Shown here piece by piece: positions 28,679 through 37,375 of a stretch of DNA of 64,000 nucleotides. The position numbers were made by a program, and so were the translations under genes. The DNA is from an uncultured Ectothiorhodospiraceae bacterium. Lineage in GTDB: Bacteria > Pseudomonadota > Gammaproteobacteria > SZUA-152. The number at the start of each line of letters is the position of its first letter. The stretch's first letter is position 1. The stretch covers positions 4,361-68,360 of the forward strand of contig CAYNYJ010000005.1 in NCBI GenBank assembly GCA_964401355.1, written 5' to 3'. The notes beneath the pieces were generated by a model. It worked only from the letters and a program-made list of their open reading frames with translations. It was not told where the DNA came from and ran no database searches.

Positions 28679-29539
28679 ATGCCCCTGGCCATCGCAATCG
28701 CGGGCCAGGAAAGTGCCGCGGAACTGACACAGTTGCACGCGCTCGTGCGGCAACTGAATCTGCCAATATGTGATTTGTCGGGGCTTGAATCCAAACCCCA
28801 GTCTAAATATAAAACCTGTCAGTCTTTTCGCTTTACCCTGTCATTTATTAGCGGTGAATCGCAGGCTGATCATTCTGACCGTCTGACAAACAACGCGACA
28901 AAAATGCTCGCGCTCTCCAGCATGCAGAATGAATTCAAGAGCAGCGTACACATCGACTTCCTGCACGGCAAACTCGCCCACCGACGCGAATTCGGCGGCG
29001 GACGCGGACAAGCCCTGGCCAAAGCCATCGGCCTGAAACACGGCGCCAACCCCAGCGTCATCGACGCCACCGCCGGGCTGGGCCGCGATGCCTTCGTGCT
29101 CGCCCACCTCGGCGCACACGTCACCATGATCGAACGCTCGCCCATATTGGCCGCCCTGCTCAATGACGGATTGCAGCGCCTGGCCATCAACACCGAACCA
29201 CCGGGCAGCGACACGATTCAATTGCAACTGATCCAGGCCAACGCCATCGACTGGTTACCGCGACAGGCAAAGGACAACAACAGACCGGAAGTGGTGTACC
29301 TCGACCCCATGTACCCCCACCGCAGCAAAAGCGCCCTGGTCAAAAAAGAAATGCGAGCCCTGCGCGCCTTGGTGGGTGACGACGAGGATTCCGCCCTGCT
29401 ATTGCAAGCGGCACGACACTGTGCCCTGAAACGGGTGGTGGTAAAACGGCCCAAAGGGGCACCATTGATTGATGACAGCAAGCCCAGCGGCAACGTGCAA
29501 TCAAAGAATACGCGCTACGATATCTACCCGGTGTTTTAA
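28679..29539 (+). CDS. rsmJ: 16S rRNA m2G1516 methyltransferase RsmJ
   Basis: AHRREFGGGRGQALAKAIG, DATAGLGRDAFVLA and VYLDPMYPHRSKSALVKKEMR closely match E. coli RsmJ. Confidence 0.8.
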   Translation: MPLAIAIAGQESAAELTQLHALVRQLNLPICDLSGLESKPQSKYKTCQSFRFTLSFISGESQADHSDRLTNNATKMLALSSMQNEFKSSVHIDFLHGKLAHRREFGGGRGQALAKAIGLKHGANPSVIDATAGLGRDAFVLAHLGAHVTMIERSPILAALLNDGLQRLAINTEPPGSDTIQLQLIQANAIDWLPRQAKDNNRPEVVYLDPMYPHRSKSALVKKEMRALRALVGDDEDSALLLQAARHCALKRVVVKRPKGAPLIDDSKPSGNVQSKNTRYDIYPVF

Positions 29540-29734
29540 TAACGCACAACATCATTTGACGCATCGACAAGAGCAGCCATTGACCCGCCCCCGGACGTGA
29601 ATAACGCACAAGCAGTGAACAACACCCTCGGTCAGAAGGCTGAATGGGTTATTGATCAACAAGACTCCTTGTTTATTACCGTCATTCTGCGCAGTACACC
29701 ACTCCCCTGATTGCCCTGGAGTGATTCCCAAGTG

Positions 29735-30007
29735 CCCTTGAGTCATTTCTTAGTGCCCCGGAACGATTTCTTAGTGCCCTTAGGTCATTTCTTAGTCACC
29801 TTGAGCCATTTCTTAGTGCCCTTAGGTCATTTCTTAGTCACCTGGAACGATTTCTTAGTGTCCTTAGATCATTTTTTAGTGACCTGGAATGATTTCTTAG
29901 TGCCCTTAGGTCATTTTTTAGTGACCTGGAACAATTTCTTAATGCCCCTGGGTCATTTCCCAACCACACAGAACGATTTCCGAGTGCCCCTGAACCCTTT
30001 CCGAACC
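29735..30007. repeat. 13 x 21-bp tandem repeat (conserved core ATTTCTTAGTG plus 10-nt variable half) with an alternating 42-bp higher-order period
   Basis: The units are contiguous with no spacers. Two variable-half classes (cccttaggtc and acctggaacg) alternate, producing recurring AGGTCA-N8-TGACCT palindromes. Confidence 0.8.
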
Positions 30008-30215
30008 GCGTAGGATAGGCACGTTTTTCGTACCTACCCTAAAAAACCTCCCAAGCGAATGCATTCCTTCCTTCCCGGCAGATATTAATCGTTACATACT
30101 ACCCAGTCGCCTGAAAAGGATACTGCTTCTTTTTAAAATCCCGGTATGACGGTGGATTTAAGTAACATGAGTAGTATTCATTATTAGTGACTTGTTAGTA
30201 AGTATTTGCACATAG

Positions 30216-30284
30216 CCCCCTCTCCCTTTGGGAGCACCCGAGGGCATAAACACCCAGAGGGCATAAAAGGGTTGGGGTGAGGGA
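30216..30284. repeat. REP-type palindrome copy (ccccctctccctttgggag ... ggggtgaggg) with an internal insertion
   Basis: Related to 20594-20630. Confidence 0.35.
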
Positions 30285-30540
30285 ATAAAACACATGTCAA
30301 TATTTATGCAACAATTAATAGTTATGGATTGTCGCGTGTGTTTACCGGAAGATTCAACGGGACCGATAAGCGCCGATGAACATTCACGGTATTTCAGTGC
30401 AGGGTTCTACCCCACGTTGGGGTAATTCCACATTCAATATACGGCACCCACTGATATCCCGATTCAAAAAAACATCCCTACCTACGGGCCATCCGATTGA
30501 ATGTAAATATTTTCACTGCCGTCCCATTAACAAATGCTTG

Positions 30541-30794
30541 CTATGTTGTAATTCGTTGTTTTGCGTGGCCTACAACGTGATTTGTGGAATTAAGACATGA
30601 ATAACCAGCAACCTCTCCCATCACAGCCTGCCCTGCGTAGCGTTTTGGGTATTCCGGCGAAATGCCGGAATCCAGTGGTCGCCTCAGAGCGCCTACTTTC
30701 GCCTAAGAGCGCCTACTTTTGGTGGTGGTTCAACGACCTCCTGAATACCGGTCTGCGCCGGTATGACGGATATAAAGTTAACGGGACAGCAGTG
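30541..30794. mobile_element. MITE-family variant, copy D (inverted relative to copies A and B)
   Basis: It ends in gttaacgggacagcagtg. The internal part is the reverse complement of the left half of copies A and B. Confidence 0.5.
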
Positions 30795-30839
30795 GTTAAA
30801 AATAATAGAATCAGAAGTAACAAACCAAGGGCACTCGCA

Positions 30840-31196
30840 ATGACCATTGATGACATCATTACCCAAATAAAAACTCAAGCTGGCAACGTCAACTTTCAGG
30901 ACGTGATTGATTGCATTGATAAATATTTTGACTACACACCTGTTCATTTCACCAATGGCCAAGGACACGATGTCGTGATGAATCAAGCGGGTAGCAATGA
31001 AGGCTCATGCAAGATATTTTCTTTCGCAACACTGGAAGGTTTTAGTGAAGTAGAGACGCTCGCCTGCTTTGGCCAGTATTATCGGCAGGATGTGTTACTG
31101 CAGCCGACGGGCACCGACCACGCCAACATCCGCGCCTTCATGCGCCACGGTTGGTGCGGCATCCGCTTTGAACAATCGGCATTGCACAAGCGCTAG
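30840..31196 (+). CDS. HopJ-family (type III effector HopJ1-like) protein
   Basis: The ORF track starts at 30597, inside the MITE. The Met at 30840 is preferred. About 118 aa, with NEGSCKIFSFA...LACFGQYYRQDV...GTDHANIRAFMRHGW matching the HopJ family. Confidence 0.65.
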   Translation: MTIDDIITQIKTQAGNVNFQDVIDCIDKYFDYTPVHFTNGQGHDVVMNQAGSNEGSCKIFSFATLEGFSEVETLACFGQYYRQDVLLQPTGTDHANIRAFMRHGWCGIRFEQSALHKR

Positions 31197-31227
31197 ATAT
31201 AAAACTCACCTAGCAGCGCAGTCAAAG

Positions 31228-31527
31228 TTATTCGTCACGCTCAACGTCTTCAATGAAAAACTGGTAATTATCGGGGCGAGCGTTGAGATCGGTGTAACCC
31301 AGATCATCTCGCTCAAGGCCATCAAAGGCACCCGTCCAATCCTCTGGGGGTGGAATCGTTTCCAGCCCCATCTGCGACCAGGCTTCAAATTCCACTTCAT
31401 CCAGTTCGCCGTCAAAATATTGGATTTCGATAACACCGTCTTCTTCATCCAAGGCAATGACTTCAAACTTTGTTTGATCCGGACTTTGGTACCAATTCCC
31501 CACTGCCGGGCCGACTCCAATGGCCAT
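31228..31527 (-). CDS. hypothetical small acidic protein
   Basis: About 99 aa from Met at 31527 (MAIGVGPAVGNWYQSPDQTKFEV...). Confidence 0.35.
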   Translation of the reverse strand: MAIGVGPAVGNWYQSPDQTKFEVIALDEEDGVIEIQYFDGELDEVEFEAWSQMGLETIPPPEDWTGAFDGLERDDLGYTDLNARPDNYQFFIEDVERDE

Positions 31528-31676
31528 ACGCCCTCCTCCAGTTTCCTTTCCGTTTGCCCGAAAATTGGATGACGGCATCTCGGGTTCCCTACAAGATAGC
31601 AGCTAATTTGTATTTGTCTTGTGCGAAAACCCTTCAAAAAAACGAATACTACGCATTACTCAACGTGGCTTCTCGA

Positions 31677-33011
31677 TCACCTTGTAAACAAGGCAATCGA
31701 TTCAACGTGCGCAGTGTGCGGAAACATGTCCATCACTCCGGCACTTACCAGGGTGTAGCCGTGTTGATTAACCAACACCCCGGCATCGCGCGCCAAGGTG
31801 GCGGGATCGCAGGCAACATAAACGATGCGTTCTGGCAACGGTTGCGGGAGCCTTTCCATAATGCCCGGAGCACCACTGCGCGGCGGATCCAGCAACAGTT
31901 TGTTAAAACCTTCCCCGTACCAGGGCTCAGTAGCAAAATCAGCATTCAGGTCGGCAACATGAAACTCGACATTTCCAATCCCGTTGCGTTGCGCATTTTC
32001 GCGCGCCCTGTCCACTAGGCTGGCCTCACCTTCAACACCCACCACCTGTCCCGCCTTTCTCGCCATCGGTAGCGAAAAATTGCCCAGTCCACAGAATAAA
32101 TCCAACACCCGGTCCTGCGGACCCAGCTCCAGCATCGCCACGGTGCGATCAATCATTTTGATATTCAGTTCAGCGTTGACCTGGGTAAAATCCGTGGGCT
32201 GAAATTGAATCTGCACATCGTAGGCGGGCAAGCGATAATTGAGCGAAAAATCATTGTCTGACTCGGGCCATAGGCGCCGAACTGTTTTCGGGCCCTTGGA
32301 TTGCACGAAAATACCCAAACCGCTGTCTTCACCGTAGGCCCGCAGTTGCTGCTCGTCATCCTCGCTCAAGGGCTCCAAATGACGAAACACCAAGGCGCTG
32401 TGCTCATCCCCCACCGCAACCTCGATTTGCGGAATTTTATCGCGCACCGACAGGCCATTCACCAATTCACCAAATTCAGTTAAGCGGCTGCCAATGGCCT
32501 CATGCAACACATCACACTGTTTGGCATCGGTCAGAAAGGCGCTGTGTTTTTCCCGAAAGCCGACCCGCACCACTTCTTCGCGCCGCATGAACTTCACTCC
32601 CAAACGCGCCTTGCGGCGGTAACCCCAAGGCGCGGCGGTAAGCGCTGGCAGCACCTCATTGGGAGTGACCTTGCCCAGGTGTTTGAGATTTTCCAGCAGT
32701 CGATTCTGCTTGGCAGTAATCTGATCTTCGGGACTTAAATGTTGCAAGCTGCACCCCCCGCAAACACCAAAATGGGGGCAACGCGGTTCAAGGCGCTGCG
32801 GGGAGGCCGTCAGTATTTCGATGGCATCGCCCTCGTCAAACTTGCCGCGTTTCGAGGTGTAACGAAACATCACCTCCTCCCCCGGCAAGGCGCGCGAAAT
32901 AAAGGTGACTTTGCCATCGATGTGACTGATACCGCGCCCATCGTGAGACAGGCTTTCGATACTGGCGCGAACGGGTTCAGTGGGGAGTTTTTTACGACGA
33001 CGTCGGGACAT
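31677..33011 (-). CDS. rlmD: 23S rRNA (uracil1939-C5)-methyltransferase RlmD
   Basis: TRAM domain, a 4Fe-4S Cys cluster (CPHFGVCGGC) and SAM MTase motifs (DLFCGLGNFSLP). Confidence 0.85.
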   Translation of the reverse strand: MSRRRRKKLPTEPVRASIESLSHDGRGISHIDGKVTFISRALPGEEVMFRYTSKRGKFDEGDAIEILTASPQRLEPRCPHFGVCGGCSLQHLSPEDQITAKQNRLLENLKHLGKVTPNEVLPALTAAPWGYRRKARLGVKFMRREEVVRVGFREKHSAFLTDAKQCDVLHEAIGSRLTEFGELVNGLSVRDKIPQIEVAVGDEHSALVFRHLEPLSEDDEQQLRAYGEDSGLGIFVQSKGPKTVRRLWPESDNDFSLNYRLPAYDVQIQFQPTDFTQVNAELNIKMIDRTVAMLELGPQDRVLDLFCGLGNFSLPMARKAGQVVGVEGEASLVDRARENAQRNGIGNVEFHVADLNADFATEPWYGEGFNKLLLDPPRSGAPGIMERLPQPLPERIVYVACDPATLARDAGVLVNQHGYTLVSAGVMDMFPHTAHVESIALFTR

Positions 33012-33169
33012 GATTTTAGTTTCTACTGAAAGTAAAGTTGATAGGGCCTAGTGTGACGAAGTGTCATACCTAATGGTTTTAGGAAGCAGTATCGAGAGAC
33101 GAATGACCAGGGCCTGGAAAAAGACAGATTGTTTTTTCCCAGCCACTCGATACTCGCCGCTCGATACTT

Positions 33170-34060
33170 TTACGTCGGAAAAACATCCGTCGATAAATAA
33201 CGATCACCGCGATCACAAATAATCACCACGATCACGGCATCCTCGACCTGCTGGGATAACGCAAGCGCAGCTGCTACCGCACCGCCGGAGGAGATGCCAG
33301 CAAAGATGCCTTCCTGTGCGGCCAGCGCACGCGTGGTGTCTTCCGCAGCTTGCTGAGAGATATCGAGAATACGGTCAACTCGCGTCTCATCATAAATCGT
33401 CGGCAGGTACTCCTTGGGCCAACGGCGAATACCAGGAATCGATGCCCCTTCCGTGGGCTGCACACCGACAATTTCAATCTCCGGCTTCACTTCCTTAAAG
33501 TAACGCGAGCATCCCATAATGGTGCCCGTGGTGCCCATGGAACTCACAAAGTGGGTGATACGACCCTCGGTGTCACGCCAGATTTCCGGGGCCGTGCCTT
33601 CATAGTGTGACAGGGGGTTGTCCGGATTGGCGAACTGATCCAGCACTGTACCCTTGCCCTCAGCCTGCATTTGCAGCGCCAGATCACGCGCGCCCTCCAT
33701 GCTTTGTTCTTTGGTGACCAACACGATCTCTGCGCCAAAGGCCTTCATCACCCCACGTCGCTCCACGCTCATGTGATCCGGCATAATCAACACCATGCGG
33801 TAACCCTTAATGGCCGCCGCCATGGCCAAGGCGATGCCGGTATTGCCACTGGTAGCCTCGATGAGAATGTCGCCGGGTGTAATCTCCCCCCGTGCCTCGG
33901 CACCCTGAATCATGCTCAACGCGGGCCGATCCTTCACCGAACCGGCAGGGTTATTACCCTCCAGTTTCACCATGATGATATTACGAGTGTCCCCCGGGAG
34001 GCGCTGCAAGCGCACCAAGGGCGTATTGCCAACGAAAGTCTCAATGGTGGGAAAGGTCAT
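33170..34060 (-). CDS. cysM: cysteine synthase B
   Basis: PLP-enzyme motifs (SVKDRPA, TSGNTGIALA); 296 aa. Confidence 0.85.
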   Translation of the reverse strand: MTFPTIETFVGNTPLVRLQRLPGDTRNIIMVKLEGNNPAGSVKDRPALSMIQGAEARGEITPGDILIEATSGNTGIALAMAAAIKGYRMVLIMPDHMSVERRGVMKAFGAEIVLVTKEQSMEGARDLALQMQAEGKGTVLDQFANPDNPLSHYEGTAPEIWRDTEGRITHFVSSMGTTGTIMGCSRYFKEVKPEIEIVGVQPTEGASIPGIRRWPKEYLPTIYDETRVDRILDISQQAAEDTTRALAAQEGIFAGISSGGAVAAALALSQQVEDAVIVVIICDRGDRYLSTDVFPT

Positions 34061-34272
34061 GGCTGACTACCAACAGAATAAAAGAGACGACTAATGTACC
34101 GATTTCACTTATTTTATCAAGAGGATTCGTGCTCATACGCAAAATCCTTAACGACTTAGGGGAAGAACCCGCTGGCTACGCCTGATACAATAAAATTCAG
34201 GTTGCAGGAGGGGCAACCCCATTTTGATACTCCCCCAGGCATGATGGATATAACGAGAGGGCAGTACATCGA

Positions 34273-36324
34273 GTGAAGCGTTACATGAAAATAATAAATC
34301 AGTCAGTCCAACAGCAAATCCTACTCGTATTCACCATTGCTATCGCAGCATTCTCACCCCTCTACGCGACGGAAGGTACAATGGAACCCATCAACGTTGC
34401 CGTCTTGTCGGAAGACGACTTTCTCGCCGACATCCCCGTGGTGCTCACTGCCACCCGCCTGGCCCAGCCCATCACCGAAGCACCTGCGGCGATTACCATT
34501 ATCGACCGCGAGATGATTCGCGCCTCCGGCGCACGCGAAATTACCGACCTGTTCCGCATGGTACCCGGTTTCGTGGTGAGTCATGATAGTGGACACCAGC
34601 CCATTGTCTCCTACCACGGCCTCACCGATGAATACGCGGTGCGCATGCAGGTACTCATTGATGGACGCTCGGTTTACTCGCCGGTATTCGGCGGCGTGGA
34701 CTGGGCCAATCTACCGCTGGCGATGGATGACATCAAACGCATTGAGATCATTCGTGGCCCCAATTCGGCAAGTTTTGGCAGCAACTCCTTCCTTAGCGTC
34801 ATTAACATCATCACCCAACATGCCGCAGAAACCACCGGTACGTTTGTTCGCGGAACGCGCGGCAGCAATGGCGTCAAAGATGTGATTGTCCGCATTGGCG
34901 AAAGTACCGAGAATTTCGATTATCGCGTCACCGCCAGCATCGCCAACGACAATGGCTTTGAGGCGCGCGCAGACGACCGACGCATGAAGACCGTGCGCTT
35001 CCGCGGTGACTATCAAATCAATGCGGAAGATAACCTGATGTTTCAAACAGGCATCACCCGAGGCATCCGGGAGATCGACTCCAAGAGATTGCAGGCCGTG
35101 ACAGACCGCAGGGTTAAACTCAATTTTGAACACCTTCGCTGGCAGCGGCAAATCAACAATAGCGAAGCCTTAAGCCTGCAATTCTTTCATACTCTGGAAA
35201 ATAATGACCAAATCTTCGACGTCATTTTACCGTCAGGCGTACATATCGTCGTTGACTCCTCAACACAATCAGAGCGATTTGATTTCGAGTTACAACACAC
35301 CAAACAGTTACAGGAAAATACACGCATGGTTTGGGGGTTGGGCCTACGTCAGGATTCCGCCAAGGGTCCACATATTTTCGGCACCGACCCTGCAACAGGG
35401 TACACCGGCAACAAAAAATATTTTTATAATCGAGTCGCACGGGTTTTCAGCAATATTGAATGGCGTATAAAAAATAATCTCACCCTTAACCTGGGTGCCA
35501 TGTGGGAAAAATCCGACTTGGCCAAACAAGAATTTTCACCCCGTGCCGGCCTAAATTATTCCATCACTCCAGAACAATCCATTCGCATTATCGCCAGCCG
35601 CGCCACCCGTACTCCCAGCCTCAATGAGGCCCGATCCAATTTTCGTTTCCCGGTTGAGAATTACCCGCTCTCTCCCTTCAACTTCATTTCAACCATATGG
35701 GTGGGGAATAAAAACATTAAACCGGAAAAGATCAGCGCCTATGAAATAGCCTATCACGCCAATTTGATACACGAAAAACTATCCTTCGATCTGAAACTTT
35801 TCCGCGAAGATTTACACGGCCTCATCACTCTGGATGAAACCAGCATCCCCAACCCTGACGACCTACTATTGGGAGAATATGAAATCTACGAGAACGCCAC
35901 TGATGCACACGTCAAGGGTGCCGAGGCCAACCTTGAATTCTTTCCGCTACGCGACACCCGCGTGGTTATCTCGCGTTCATACACCCGAATCAAAAGCCAG
36001 AATCCCAATGTCTCATCTAAAGACCTGGCGGAATCTGCACCCAAGCATATCACCTCCATCCTCGCCATTAACCGTTTCCCTGGCGGAGTCACAGGCAGCG
36101 CACTGTATTACCGCGTTAGCGATAGCAATGGTCTCGGCTCAGGAAAACCTATAGAAGGATACGCGCACGTCAATCTCCGCTTGGCATTCCCGTTCAAATG
36201 GCCAGGAATTCACGGTGAACTTGCTTTCGTTGTACAAAATGCAACAGGGAACTATGTCGACTGGCGGCGAGATAACATCGCAGAAACCCAAAAATATATT
36301 ACGGTATCGGCACAATGGGATTAA
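34273..36324 (+). CDS. TonB-dependent outer-membrane receptor
   Basis: Plug domain, TonB box region and a C-terminal ...VSAQWD. 683 aa. Confidence 0.8.
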   Translation: MKRYMKIINQSVQQQILLVFTIAIAAFSPLYATEGTMEPINVAVLSEDDFLADIPVVLTATRLAQPITEAPAAITIIDREMIRASGAREITDLFRMVPGFVVSHDSGHQPIVSYHGLTDEYAVRMQVLIDGRSVYSPVFGGVDWANLPLAMDDIKRIEIIRGPNSASFGSNSFLSVINIITQHAAETTGTFVRGTRGSNGVKDVIVRIGESTENFDYRVTASIANDNGFEARADDRRMKTVRFRGDYQINAEDNLMFQTGITRGIREIDSKRLQAVTDRRVKLNFEHLRWQRQINNSEALSLQFFHTLENNDQIFDVILPSGVHIVVDSSTQSERFDFELQHTKQLQENTRMVWGLGLRQDSAKGPHIFGTDPATGYTGNKKYFYNRVARVFSNIEWRIKNNLTLNLGAMWEKSDLAKQEFSPRAGLNYSITPEQSIRIIASRATRTPSLNEARSNFRFPVENYPLSPFNFISTIWVGNKNIKPEKISAYEIAYHANLIHEKLSFDLKLFREDLHGLITLDETSIPNPDDLLLGEYEIYENATDAHVKGAEANLEFFPLRDTRVVISRSYTRIKSQNPNVSSKDLAESAPKHITSILAINRFPGGVTGSALYYRVSDSNGLGSGKPIEGYAHVNLRLAFPFKWPGIHGELAFVVQNATGNYVDWRRDNIAETQKYITVSAQWD

Positions 36325-36376
36325 ACCATTTCAGGCATTTTCGACACACAATAATAAGGGAAAATTCTAGGTACAC

Positions 36377-37375
36377 GTGATGCAAAAGGCCGCGCCACAT
36401 ATTCAAGGAACGAAGAAACAGACACCGAGATTTACGGGCGCCGTTACAATGCTATTCCTGCTATTCCTGCTAACGGCGAACCCTGTATGGGCGAAGACAT
36501 ATAACATTTTCATCGTAAGCAGCGATAACAGCCCGGTCTACACCCGAATTATAAACACCATTCAGACCACTGTTTCAACAAGCGAAAATACCACTGCAAT
36601 ATTTAGCATCCTATATTTAAAAAACACATCCACAACCGCACTGCTCCAAAATAGGGCCAGCGGCCAGGATTTAATATTAACTATCGGCCAGCGAGCCATG
36701 ATAGCCGTCACCAAAATCAGCAACTCCCCCCCCATCATTGCCACGCTCATCCCCAAACAGTCTTACGATAAATATCGTTCGACCTTACGCAAAGCAAACA
36801 ATAAAACCACCGCAACGTTTATCGACAACCCACCCGAGCGACAAATCTTACTGGCAAAACTGATATTGGGTGATGTGCAGAGACTGGGAGTCCTGGTTGG
36901 TGAAAATCCACCCTATGGCAAAATCAGAGACACTATCCAGTCATTAGGTATTCACTCACACATTGAAACCGTCAGAGAAAATGACAACCTCATCAGAAAA
37001 TTATCACGCATGCTTAGTAATAGCGACGCCTTCCTGGCTCTTCCTGATGCGCAAATATTCAACCGTAGAAATGCGAAAAATATTCTACTGACCACCTACC
37101 GACAACGAACACCGGTCATTGCTTATTCAGCATCATATGTAAAAGCTGGGGCTCTGGCAGCTATATACTCAACACCTCAACAACTTTCCGAACAAATCGG
37201 AAATCTCTTGCTTAGTATTTTACGCTCGAAGTTATCCTTCCCACTCACGAATTCATATCCAGAAAAGTTTGAGGTTGCGATTAATAAAAACGTCGCAAAA
37301 TCACTAGGCATACCCCCTCATGATGAAACAGAAATTAAAAATAAACTACTTAAAATATTGCGAGGAAAAAAATGA
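36377..37375 (+). CDS. periplasmic substrate-binding protein (ABC-type, sensor-associated family)
   Basis: Signal peptide, then about 300 aa. Its end overlaps the start of the downstream hybrid kinase by 4 nt. Confidence 0.55.
   Translation: MMQKAAPHIQGTKKQTPRFTGAVTMLFLLFLLTANPVWAKTYNIFIVSSDNSPVYTRIINTIQTTVSTSENTTAIFSILYLKNTSTTALLQNRASGQDLILTIGQRAMIAVTKISNSPPIIATLIPKQSYDKYRSTLRKANNKTTATFIDNPPERQILLAKLILGDVQRLGVLVGENPPYGKIRDTIQSLGIHSHIETVRENDNLIRKLSRMLSNSDAFLALPDAQIFNRRNAKNILLTTYRQRTPVIAYSASYVKAGALAAIYSTPQQLSEQIGNLLLSILRSKLSFPLTNSYPEKFEVAINKNVAKSLGIPPHDETEIKNKLLKILRGKK

Noticed and set aside
29735-30007. Possible CRISPR array
   Set aside because: The 21-bp units are directly contiguous with no unique spacers. 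The repeat is too short and has no cas-repeat signature.
30597-30839. N-terminal extension of the hopJ-like ORF (MNNQQPLPSQ...)
   Set aside because: The extension is a translation of MITE copy D. The HopJ homology begins at the Met at 30840.
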